From the NCBI GenBank assembly GCA_040182905.1, contig JARQWU010000038.1, positions 1 through 54,525 on the forward strand: DNA of 54,525 bases, given 5' to 3'. Below are positions 42,378 to 53,100 of the stretch, piece after piece. The notes under the pieces were generated by a model that was not told the origin of the DNA, ran no database searches, and saw only the letters and a list, made by a program, of their open reading frames with translations. Every line of letters starts with the position of its first letter. Position 1 is the stretch's first letter. A program made the translations under genes and the position numbers. The DNA is from Barthelona sp. PAP020 (lineage: Eukaryota).

Positions 42378-43790
42378 TTAACCCACGAAACTGTCTTTTT
42401 TTAAACGGATCTTTCTTAGCTCATCCACATTTTTTGCATTGAAAAATAAATTATGCCCTAATTCTTCTTTCAACGTTATGTACAATGATGGAAATTCATT
42501 ATACTCATTATCATTTAACCTTTTGACATAAAACTCATGTTGGTCAATACTGTGTAAAAATGGAATGCAATTTAGCAAATATTCATGCCCAGGATAAAAA
42601 ATTGTCTCACCTTCAGCAAATTTTTTCAGATATTGGAAACATTCAAACATTCCTGCAAAATCACCGGTAAAAACCTTACCACATACTCCTGGAAAGAGAA
42701 TATCACCTGTAAATATGCTATCAAACTCTGGAATGTACAAGATAACATCAATATCTGAATGTGCATGAAATGTACTGATATTAACGGAAATAAGGTCATC
42801 TAAAATAGGCAATTCAGCATTTCTACGGTTTACACTGAGACTATGCAACATGGATGGCTCATAAACAAACACATTTTTAAAATATTCACGTAATCTGGGT
42901 AAACCAGAAAAATGATCTTGATGCATATGCGTCAAAAAAACTGCTTCAATAATATAGCCATGTTTCTTACAAAAAGAAATTATTTCTTCACCGTTTCCAC
43001 TGCAATCAACCAATACGCTTTTTTTGGTCAAATTGTTGACGATAAGGTAGTTATAGTTGTCATTATTGACTAAAATGGGTTCAATAAATAGAGACGTATC
43101 AAAATCAACATTTTCTGAAGTGTCATCAATAAAATCTAGCAAATCTTCATTCAAATCTTCTTCATCTTCCAGTATTCTTTGCCTTTCCACAAAATTTCCA
43201 GGTAATTGATCTTCAACCAGAACATCTACAGGTGGAGGAAGGCTGTGGAACATATCTTCCACAAGTTGAATTAAACTGTTAGCATAAGGCCCAACCTCAT
43301 TTTTGAGTGGGATATTGTCCGGTCCAAGAACTTTGCATCCCAAAGTCTCCGTACATGCACGAATTTGTTTTAACAAACAGATAAATTTATCACGATGTTC
43401 TCCCACAGGAAGTGTTTTTGCATCAAATAAAAAAGTTTGAAAGCTTTTTTCACTGAATAGATAACCAATATATTTGATAAGACATACATTCATTGTTTTA
43501 ATTGTATAATTGCATAATTTATGTAATAATGTTAATAGAAGATATTGATGATCATGTTTTATTGGATAATATTTGAAAAATACCAAACAATATAGTTTAT
43601 AATTGTTTTCATTGATGTTTATTTCATTAAATAATGAATAAATTTTATGTTCATCATAGTTGACATTCATTAAATTCATTTTAAATTCTTCTTCATTGAT
43701 TTCTAAAATATTATAAATTTCTGTTGCTATTAATGGAAATTCCGAATTATTAAGACATTCAATAAATATTTCGTCAACTTTAGAATTCAT
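42378..43790 (-). CDS. Glyoxalase II (hydroxyacylglutathione hydrolase) with long N-terminal extension
   Basis: DNYNYLI, THMHQDHFSG, FTGDILF..CGK.F.G, YPGHEY, TLKEELGHNLF, LRKIRLKKDSF. Confidence 0.85.
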   Translation of the reverse strand: MNSKVDEIFIECLNNSEFPLIATEIYNILEINEEEFKMNLMNVNYDEHKIYSLFNEININENNYKLYCLVFFKYYPIKHDHQYLLLTLLHKLCNYTIKTMNVCLIKYIGYLFSEKSFQTFLFDAKTLPVGEHRDKFICLLKQIRACTETLGCKVLGPDNIPLKNEVGPYANSLIQLVEDMFHSLPPPVDVLVEDQLPGNFVERQRILEDEEDLNEDLLDFIDDTSENVDFDTSLFIEPILVNNDNYNYLIVNNLTKKSVLVDCSGNGEEIISFCKKHGYIIEAVFLTHMHQDHFSGLPRLREYFKNVFVYEPSMLHSLSVNRRNAELPILDDLISVNISTFHAHSDIDVILYIPEFDSIFTGDILFPGVCGKVFTGDFAGMFECFQYLKKFAEGETIFYPGHEYLLNCIPFLHSIDQHEFYVKRLNDNEYNEFPSLYITLKEELGHNLFFNAKNVDELRKIRLKKDSFVG

Positions 43791-44009
43791 TAAATAAAAA
43801 TATCAGTTAAAAGAACAGTAAATTGTTGGCAAAAAAGATCTCTCAACTCATATGGTATAAATTTTCATTGTTAAATTCTTTTAAAACGTCAATTCAAATG
43901 GTTGAAATGAAGTAAATAATGTTAATTCTTTGAAGAAACAAAATATTATCCATAAATAGATTCTTTTTACAAATCGACATTCTTTATTGATTGATTGAAA
44001 TAATAATTA

Positions 44010-44490
44010 ATGCAAAAAGACCAAAAATCACCTCTTGTGATTAGCGATTTGTGGAATAAAGTGTTTTCTATTCACAAAATCAATCTCTTCGCACCAAATC
44101 CTTTGGAATCTTTTCTACCACAAAATCAATCAAGATTAAGTACATTGATTCCGATTTGGAAGCCTATTGAATTGGATGAGTTATCTTCCGAACAGAATAT
44201 TGAAGCCAATGATTCAGAACCAACTATGATAAGGGAAGATGATATTAATGATTCAGATTAATGTTTACTATAATTGATAGCGATTATAATTCTTTTGAAT
44301 GTTTGAAAAAGAGGAAAGGAAATTTCCCATTCAATAAATGGGATTAATTTAATTAATGGTAACGAATTTGTGGAGGAATCTTTTGTGTAGATGTTTTTTG
44401 CTATTGATTTGCAGATATTTTGGCAGACTACCTCACTGAAATTACCACCAGTGAGTTTCATCATTTTGCAACAAGAACAATAAATTGATA
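44010..44490 (+). pseudogene. Decayed paralogue of the 41079 gene
   Basis: Shares ordered words with the 41079 protein (PLVI/PVVI, W, NPLESF/PPLAEF, RLS, NDSE..MI/NESD.MI); stops and frameshifts downstream. Confidence 0.35.
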
Positions 44491-44666
44491 TTTTTTTATG
44501 CAAAATCTTCAATATTCATTAAACACTAGATGAATGCTCTGTGAGTTGAAGGCATACTTCATACACCTGGCACAGTGTTAGTATATATCCACTGAGGGTT
44601 GAACCTAAAATTCAAACTACTTCATAGTCCATAATGTGGTTCATTACTCTGAGTTTATTTTCATCT

Positions 44667-45611
44667 TTACAGATCTTGAAGAACACCAACAGGAACAATA
44701 TTCTTTGAGTGAGCCATAAAATTCGGATTACATCCAATACACTCAACAGGAACTGTCATGTTCAAATTTTTATAGTAATCAATCCAATATTGAGCTATTT
44801 TTTTTGAGTTTTTCTCTCTGAAAGATAAAGGATGCCGATAGAACACATGTCTATCTGAAAGAATATCAACAGGTTCCAGTGATTCAACATCAAAATAAGG
44901 TATTTTTCTAAATGGGTTATCAAACGCATCTAATACCAATTCTGAACAGTATAAACCAAAGTCATCCCAAATAAAGGTCTTATTGTAAGGTTGTCCTAAA
45001 ACTTTTTCACACATATCAATTGCACATGGAATTCTGTGTCTAAACTTATCAGCCACGCGATAAATATAACCTTTGATAGGTATTTTTGTTTTTTCTTCAT
45101 ATTTCCCCATAAAAGTTTCTAAATCTTCATAAACAACTCCAGATGAAGGAGAGGCATGAAAAACACATATCTTATTTGTTTTTTTATCTCTGCATATAAT
45201 TCCAACATGAACAAAATCAAGGGAATTATCAGTTTGAGTTGAACCATTGATAGCATTTGAAAAATCTGATCCAGATGTGGTTTGAAATATAATATCACCT
45301 GTTAATAAATGATTAGGAGAAACAATATCAACTTCTACTTCTTTAAAAATTCTTAGTAAAGGATTTAATTGCATATGCGGTTTTTCAAGAAATTTATAGA
45401 AATTTTCAAAATCTACATAGTCGTTTTTGTTGCAAAATTTCGAATTTGTGTTGGAAAAGTCCATTCTTTCTTTGAGAATTTCTTTTTTTGCAGGCAGATT
45501 TTCGACAATTGTATTGGAAATTTTAAGAACATCACATATATATTTAGTCAATGAAAGTTTTTTGAATAAATTTTTAATCATTGCATTAATAAACAATGAG
45601 ATTTTGTCCAT
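44667..45611 (-). CDS. YiiX/YebB-like permuted papain-fold NlpC/P60 cysteine hydrolase
   Basis: LLTGDIIFQ, HVGII, FHAS..GV, GQPYN..F, YCSELV (His before Cys, the permuted order), YW.DYY..L...VP..GCNPN. Confidence 0.88.
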   Translation of the reverse strand: MDKISLFINAMIKNLFKKLSLTKYICDVLKISNTIVENLPAKKEILKERMDFSNTNSKFCNKNDYVDFENFYKFLEKPHMQLNPLLRIFKEVEVDIVSPNHLLTGDIIFQTTSGSDFSNAINGSTQTDNSLDFVHVGIICRDKKTNKICVFHASPSSGVVYEDLETFMGKYEEKTKIPIKGYIYRVADKFRHRIPCAIDMCEKVLGQPYNKTFIWDDFGLYCSELVLDAFDNPFRKIPYFDVESLEPVDILSDRHVFYRHPLSFREKNSKKIAQYWIDYYKNLNMTVPVECIGCNPNFMAHSKNIVPVGVLQDL

Positions 45612-45937
45612 TCAATTCCCTGATTTTCCTTCTTTGTTCATAAATTATCAGTTTAACTTCAATACACCCATCAAATTTCTTATTAATTAATCCAAAGAAG
45701 ACCTTTACATCAGAGAAGTATTTTTCCCTAAATTTTTGAATTTGCTTTAAATTCTTTTATAAAAATGTATTCAGAGAAAAAAGAAAATGAATTTGACCGG
45801 ACACAAATAATAACCCTTTGAAAAAATTATTTGTAATACTAAATCAATACATAGGCGGCTTTTTCCCTACAATCATTTTTAAAGCAACAAAAAATGTTGG
45901 GAAGTGTGTTGTTATCATTAAAAAAAAACCTTTTCCG

Positions 45938-47626
45938 CTAGAATGCATTTATATCTGTGCTTTCACTAATAGGAGGACTAAAATTTGATAAATCAGTATT
46001 CAAATAATCGGTAGTTAATTGAATATCATCAAAAGGTTTTACCTGATCAACAACATCACAATTCAGTTCATCATTGCTTCTATCTTGTATTTTATAATCA
46101 TTCTCCACATCATCTGTTTCTGTCATGTCTTTTTCAACTTCTGAATTTATTTCCACCTCAATTTCAGATTCATTGTTGCTACTTTCCAAATTAAAATTTT
46201 CAGCTTCTTCTTCTTTTTTGTTATTTTCAACAGATAATTCGTCAGTGCTATATCCTGGATCAGTGGTCTTGGGGTCTTTCTCTGTAACTTCTTCTTCTTC
46301 TTCTTCTACTTCATCATCATCATCAGAATCAATACCTTCCACAATTGAAGTTAATTTTAAACTCAAAAAAAACGCGCAAAGATACACAAAAGAAACAGAC
46401 ATAAAAGGCAAGGCAGAAAAGTTCATATTATAAGCCAATGTATCAATAAAACCAGATAACAAAGCTCCTAAACCTCTCGCCAAACTGGCTGCGGCAGTTG
46501 CAAATCCTTGAACTAAACCATGCCCTTCTTTTCTTGTTGAATTTGATAACATTAAAGAGACCATAGGAATGTTCAACATGAATCCAACAGATATGAAAAA
46601 TGTAAAAAACAATAATAGACCCCAAGTATTAAACTCAGAACCAATACCAAATTGTGCCATAGGTAGGAATCCAACACCAAACGCCAAACAAATAATGCCA
46701 CTACGATATGTGTTTCTAACACCAAACAAATTCTTAGTTCTTTCAAACATGGTCACCTGAAAAAGAACAGCCATAGTCCCAAACATGGAAAAATGAATAC
46801 CAGATTGAGTACTTGAAAAACCCAAAGTATTTGACGCAAAAACAACCAAAAGAACTAAAATCGCACCGTTTCCATATGATCCAAGCATTCTTATACCTGT
46901 TAATCTTAATAATGTTGGACTCCTGGTTATACTCACAAGACCATCTTTTAATGATGGTGCCACTGTTCTAACATCATCTTTATCATTTGGCAAACAAATG
47001 ATGATGTACAAAATAGCAGATATTTGAACAATAAAACCAAAAACAAATGTTGGAAAGAACCTGTCAAGGAAAAAAACCCTGTTTGGGTCAGTTGTTAAAA
47101 TTGATTCTGACAAAAAACCTCCAATAGCAGAAGAAATTGCTCGCATAGCTGAATAAATTGCACCAATATAAGCAAAAGCCTTAGCTTTTAATTCAGGATC
47201 ATTAACTTTCCCTGCAACAAATGCATTTCCAACTGCAAGATTTGAATTAAAAATAGAAAACAAAAACCTAAGAATGAAAGCCACCATAAATGTTGGTGAA
47301 AAGCAAATAGCAGCAGTAGAAAAAAATGCAGAACATAAACCAATAACCAATAATGATTTGCGCCCAAATTTATCACTGAGATAACCCATGTAAGGGGATA
47401 AAAAAATTTTGGCAATGTGAAGACATGAATCAAGTAAACCAGTTAAAAAACCAACTTGAGATGAGTCATAACCCCATCTTTCAACAACTAATTTTGGTAA
47501 AATGGGATGTAATAAAGTAACTGTAATAGATTCGGTAAAAATGACTAAATAGGCAGGAAATAACAGCCAAAATGGAAGTTTTTTCTTTTCTGTTCGTTCG
47601 ATTTGGTTCTGTTCACATTCAGACAT
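45938..47626 (-). CDS. Major facilitator superfamily transporter (DHA1/TetA/ZIFL-like) with acidic tail
   Basis: Motif A GYLSDKFGRKSLL, about 12 TM segments, acidic C-terminal extension. Confidence 0.9.
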   Translation of the reverse strand: MSECEQNQIERTEKKKLPFWLLFPAYLVIFTESITVTLLHPILPKLVVERWGYDSSQVGFLTGLLDSCLHIAKIFLSPYMGYLSDKFGRKSLLVIGLCSAFFSTAAICFSPTFMVAFILRFLFSIFNSNLAVGNAFVAGKVNDPELKAKAFAYIGAIYSAMRAISSAIGGFLSESILTTDPNRVFFLDRFFPTFVFGFIVQISAILYIIICLPNDKDDVRTVAPSLKDGLVSITRSPTLLRLTGIRMLGSYGNGAILVLLVVFASNTLGFSSTQSGIHFSMFGTMAVLFQVTMFERTKNLFGVRNTYRSGIICLAFGVGFLPMAQFGIGSEFNTWGLLLFFTFFISVGFMLNIPMVSLMLSNSTRKEGHGLVQGFATAAASLARGLGALLSGFIDTLAYNMNFSALPFMSVSFVYLCAFFLSLKLTSIVEGIDSDDDDEVEEEEEEVTEKDPKTTDPGYSTDELSVENNKKEEEAENFNLESSNNESEIEVEINSEVEKDMTETDDVENDYKIQDRSNDELNCDVVDQVKPFDDIQLTTDYLNTDLSNFSPPISESTDINAF

Positions 47627-47913
47627 GTTCTTTGATAAATGGAATTATTCCTTTTTAATCTTGATTTTTCAGATGATTCAAAGAACTTTTTTCGTAAAGA
47701 AAACTGCGCTATTTATTTAACCAGGAATTTTAACAGTAACATTTTTTTTCTCTAAATGGATTGTTGAAAAATTGGATTTCATTTCCATTAAATCTTTCAT
47801 TCTTTGGTGAAAATTGCTATTTATTGAAGATAATATGAAGGATAAAGTTATAATTCAAGAGAAGAAACAAAAAAAAATCCTCAAATTCAGTTTTTTGATA
47901 TGAAATTTCCAAC

Positions 47914-48507
47914 ATGAATTCCAAAAGCGAATTGAACAATAGTACAGATAACACCAGTGAATTAGGGTTATCTGATAATTCTGAGACCGAATTGGATACC
48001 ATATCGGATTCAGATATTTTTTCTATTGATGAAATATCATTGGAACAATTGGATTTAAATTCTTTAATATTGAAGTGTAAAACAAACGTTCGAACTTTAT
48101 ATCAGTTACGATATTTTCTTTACCACGAAACTGTAAATTTTGAAGGGATTAATCTTCAACAAATGATAGATTTAACCAATTTATTAGTTTCTTTTCCTAA
48201 AACAATAGTGTCTGAGTATTTTTTAACATTTTCATCTATTTTCGTATATATTGTTAGTTATTTGATTTCCAAAGAAGATTTTTACGAATGTTCCCATTTT
48301 TACAAATTGTATGGTTTAATTCGTGAGTGGATGTTTATTTATTGCAATGTTGGAGAACCTAATCGAGAGAATTTGATGTTAATTCGAAAATTGGGGACAG
48401 ATCTTCAGATTTTGAGCAAAAAAAATAAACCAAGAGAAGAAAAGCTTGGTTATGATGTTTTGGATCCTGAAACATTTCGGTTCTTAGTAAAATCAATGAA
48501 AGGTTGA
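47914..48507 (+). CDS. Hypothetical protein
   Basis: 197-codon ATG-initiated ORF, acidic N-terminus, helical remainder. Confidence 0.55.
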   Translation: MNSKSELNNSTDNTSELGLSDNSETELDTISDSDIFSIDEISLEQLDLNSLILKCKTNVRTLYQLRYFLYHETVNFEGINLQQMIDLTNLLVSFPKTIVSEYFLTFSSIFVYIVSYLISKEDFYECSHFYKLYGLIREWMFIYCNVGEPNRENLMLIRKLGTDLQILSKKNKPREEKLGYDVLDPETFRFLVKSMKG

Positions 48508-48733
48508 AGTTCAACATATTTTTTTTGGATTGAATTGGTTTTTTTTTAATTATGTGAGTTTTGAAATTGTTCATTTTTTTTTGCCTGCATTTTGCACGAG
48601 TGATTTTTGATTAATTCCTTTGATGTCAATAAATGTCTGTTTATTTTTTATTGTCTAATTCAAGATTTTTACCACAAAATCTTTAACAAAAAAAAAAAAA
48701 AAATTTTTTTTTAAATATTCGTTTCCTTTACAC

Positions 48734-49936
48734 TTAATCAACTGTGTTGATGTCAAACACATTTGATAACAATTCCATTGTTGATTTTTCAACATTTTGT
48801 GTAGGTTTGCTTGTTAAATCAATAAATTCATCTTCATCATCATCTTCCTCTTCTTCATGGACATCAACATTTTGATTTTCAAGAATTTCTTCAACAGTTG
48901 CGTTTACATTTGTTTTTGCCACAGATTCATCAATTTTTTCCAACTCAGGAATATCATCATCCAAATTCTCTACTTCTTCTTCATCTGAAACTACATCATC
49001 TCTGGTAAATTTACTTAATTTCTCATTTACTTGCTCTTGATTCAATGGTTCAATTTCTTCTAAAACTCTTGCCTTTATCGCATCAAAATCAAGTTTTGGG
49101 ACAACAACATCAGATTCACTGGAATCAATTTCATTTTCATCTTGTTTTGCAGCTTCATCATCAACTTTTGCCAAATTTCTGGCCTCTTTGATATATTCAG
49201 TCATAAGCATCATGTGTAACAAATTTTTATCATGTTGCAATTTCTCTTCTTCTCGAATTTTCCTTCTCTCTTCCCTTTCAGCTTCTAAAGATTCACCATT
49301 AGCCCACCACGCATTGATACATCTTCTTTCATCAGGAAACACAGGTTTATCATCCAAATATGTCAAATTAGGCAATCTAGCGATCATTCTTCTGCGATAA
49401 TTCTTAATTTTCTTTGTAACTGGATTCTGTGTCAAATATAATACTTTCAAAGAATCCATATTTTCAAAGATATCTAAAATTCGTTCGTCTTCCAGATTGT
49501 TATTTGTCAAATCTAAAATAGAAAGTGATTTCATTTCACTTAAGGCTTCTATGTCTTCATAAGTTTCCAATTTATTATTCTTTAGTTGAAGGGATTCAAG
49601 TTCCTTCAAATTGGAAAGGTTTTCAATCTTTTCAATTTGATTATCAGATAAATTTAATTGTGATAAATGTTCCAAATGTTCAATATTTTCAATACAAGTT
49701 AATACATTTTCTTGTAAATATAAACATTTTAAATCAATTTGATTATCTAATCCTTCAATTTTAGATAATCCATTTCCTTCCAACCATATACAAGTTAAAC
49801 CTGTGTATTCTTCCAAATTTTCAATCTTTGGAAAACCTTTGTAATGAAGATATAACTTATCATTTAAAGAAGGTGTCATATATCCATCTTGTTCCTTACA
49901 TAACCCAATAAGGTATTCTTTAGTCATCAATGGCAT
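48734..49936 (-). CDS. DNAAF1: Dynein axonemal assembly factor 1 (ODA7/LRRC50)
   Basis: [29 protein letters not shown], LRRs, [28 protein letters not shown]. Confidence 0.92.
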   Translation of the reverse strand: MPLMTKEYLIGLCKEQDGYMTPSLNDKLYLHYKGFPKIENLEEYTGLTCIWLEGNGLSKIEGLDNQIDLKCLYLQENVLTCIENIEHLEHLSQLNLSDNQIEKIENLSNLKELESLQLKNNKLETYEDIEALSEMKSLSILDLTNNNLEDERILDIFENMDSLKVLYLTQNPVTKKIKNYRRRMIARLPNLTYLDDKPVFPDERRCINAWWANGESLEAEREERRKIREEEKLQHDKNLLHMMLMTEYIKEARNLAKVDDEAAKQDENEIDSSESDVVVPKLDFDAIKARVLEEIEPLNQEQVNEKLSKFTRDDVVSDEEEVENLDDDIPELEKIDESVAKTNVNATVEEILENQNVDVHEEEEDDDEDEFIDLTSKPTQNVEKSTMELLSNVFDINTVD

Positions 49937-50196
49937 TTTGGATTGAAGTTAATTGATTCTTTGACGAGATTATTTTTTTGAGGTTGCTTTTTTTTGAAAC
50001 ATCTTTTTTATTTATTGAATTTCAATTGATAATTTAGTTCTTTATTTATCAAATAACAATAATATTTTCAAAATATTTCCAAAAATAGTAGTTAAAAAGA
50101 GAACAAACGCCATTCTTTGCAAAATTTGAAAATTACTCTTTTATTAGGAAGAACAAAATAAAAATAATTTATTTATAACTATTTTTGAAACTATAA

Positions 50197-53100
50197 TCAC
50201 TTGATTTTTGGTTTTCCCAATGAATATTTCAATGGGTTTGGAGAAATTAATTCTTGAGAACTGTTTTGCCTCGAATTTTTTAAACTTTTCCAATTTCTAC
50301 TTTTAGAAGATTTGCCAACCATTCTGTCTAAAGCTGACATTGTTGAAAAGACTTCAACTGCTTGGGTTTCTTTCAAATAATCCCAAAAAGAACTAATTGC
50401 AATAGAAGGCCTTTGCATTGGCCTTGGTGTTTGTAAGATTCTTGGATCAGTCAATTGATTATCAATGAAAAAGGAATCTCTATGATTTTGGACCATGTTT
50501 GTATTATGTAATAATCTAGCTGTGGATTGATCAATATGAATCTTATCAGGAGTTCCTGTTCCTTCAAGATATTCAGCTCTTGAAACGGTTGAACCAAAAA
50601 CATCGTAAACAAATCTAGTTTTCCCAACAGTTCCTGCTACAACTCTACCAGATGCAACACCTATTCTTAATTTTAAATCCACTTTCCAATGTTTTGAAAT
50701 TGTGGCCACATCATTAATCAACCCTTGTCCTACAGCAATAATATCACTGGCATGATGAAAATTTTCATTTGGTATACCTGCTACAATAACATAAGCATCA
50801 CCAATAGTCTTGATTTTATCAACATTTTCATAGAGATTAACTCTAGCATCAAATACAGCCAAAATATTATTGAGCATTCTGAAAACATCAAAAGATTTTC
50901 TGCTTGAACAAAATTTAGTGAATCCAACGATATCTGCTATCAAAACAGTACAATTATCACTAGATACAACTGAAGATATTTCATTTTCAGATTTAGCAAG
51001 CACATTTCGCCAACAATCATGAAACACAGGAGGTAACATCTTTTGAATAACATATGACAATGAACTAATATGTTGTCTTAATAAAATACTTTCAGTAACT
51101 GTTTTTTCAGCAAATTTTTGTTTTGATAAAGTTGATATTGTCATTATGAAGAAAGATATATACACACCAATATATAAGACAATAACATAAAAATGTTCAA
51201 TATTCATATAAAAAAAAGGAAGAAACAGAATGAAATGAATTGATAATTGGCAGATTGTCCAAAATTTGCTAACATTTTCCAAATACCTTAAAATTTGAGT
51301 CAAAATGATAAGATGAATAAAGATAAACAAAATATTAATGATGTTAACCAACAAATACAATTCACTGTCAAGAAGCAAAGTTGTTACAAGGTAACATTCG
51401 TATACCATGAAAGAAATGATTAACAACTGATAGATATATAAGCTTTTGATGACAAAACTCACTTTTTTAATCTTCTTTTTCTTTTTGAAATTGAAGGATA
51501 ATACAAAGATATTAAAAACCAAAAAAACGATAAAGAATGCAGTACCAAGTAATAATTGAAGGAATACATTGGATTTATCATTTTTAAAAAAATTTTGTTT
51601 ATCAAAAAACAGTATCAAAAAGATTATAAAAAGAAATAAGAAGATGAATAAAACATTAACAACAATTAAAAATGTGCGTTTTTGTTTTAAAAACGCTTTA
51701 TTTTCGCTTTTTTTAAGAGTGTCATGACGTGGAGATTTAATGGTGCCTTTGAAATCAGTTTGCTTTTGTAAAATCGATCTATCGATAGAATTCAAACCAA
51801 GATGGCCTAAAGTCTTACGATTTGGACTAATTCTCTTGTTATTCTTCAGATTCATACCAAAAGACTTGGTAATTGTATTCACATTTTCTTTCTTATTATT
51901 TTTGGTTGAAATATGTGAAGGAAACGATTTATTTGAATGCGAAGAATGAGTAGACGAAGGAATTGAAGCTGATGATGAAAAAGAAGAAGAACCACTGTTA
52001 TGTTTCTTGGAAAAATGATAAACATTACCAATGTTTGATTGATCATGTTCAGCAACTGAATTAAGAGAATTGTGAGAATTGTGAGTGTTGTGTGTGGTAT
52101 TGGAAAGAATGATGTTGTTAATGTTCGTATTGATACCATTATTTGAAACATGATTGGCATTTGCATGTGCGTTTGCGAAAGCATTAAATTCTATCTCAGT
52201 AGTCACATATTCACTCTCAATCAATTCCAGTGAGGAATCTGAATAAGCATAGATTACACTCTCTGGCTCCAATATCCCTCCAACATTTGAAGGATCGCCA
52301 CAGGCGTTCATAGAATTGTTATTGTTACCAGTGTCAATATTCAAATCAATACCAATGTCTAAATCTATATCCAAATCAATCTCAGGTTTTTTTCGATTTC
52401 CACTGATTTCAGTGGAAATAATAGAGGGTATGATAGGGATTGTAGGATGTAATTCCTTTGATACAATGGACTTTACATACATCTCTCTCAATATTGGTGA
52501 CACATTAGTTGTATTCCCACTCGGTAAAGAACTTGAATATCTATTTATGACTGGAGATGAAAGCCTTCGCTGATGATGATTAACTTTCATCAATTCATCA
52601 TCAAAAGAGATGTTTTCTACTTGTAAAAATTCATCGATTAATGATTTAGGTTGATTATTTGGTGTATTTTCTCTGAAATTATGATTTCTTCTTTGTCCCA
52701 CAGTCTTCGATACTAAAAGATTGTTGATTGATAGATAATTCGTCTGTAATTGTGATTTGAGAGCATTTGGACTGATATCATATGATATTAATACAGTGTC
52801 CAGTAAATCTTTACCCTTTGCTTGAATCGTTTCAATTTGAGATAATATCACATGTTCACAACCACTAAAAAAAGGTATACAATCAATGGTACATCGAAAT
52901 TGTCCATTCATACTGGAAGTAGTCATTCGACTAGCAGTATTCACAGTATCTCCTAAAATATCAAATATAAATTTTTCCGTACCTAATAATCCATATGAAA
53001 CTTGTCCATATGCCATTCCTGCTCTCCAACCAATTCGATAAGCATGATTGTTATGTTGTTCTTTCTCTAATATACCATGTGCTAAATGAACAAAATTTGC

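Noticed and set aside
8016..45611. Bacterial contamination or chimeric assembly as the explanation for the bacterial-like genes
   Set aside because: These genes are isolated, interleaved with intron-containing eukaryotic genes, similarly AT-rich and show no operon structure; long-read confirmation is still advisable
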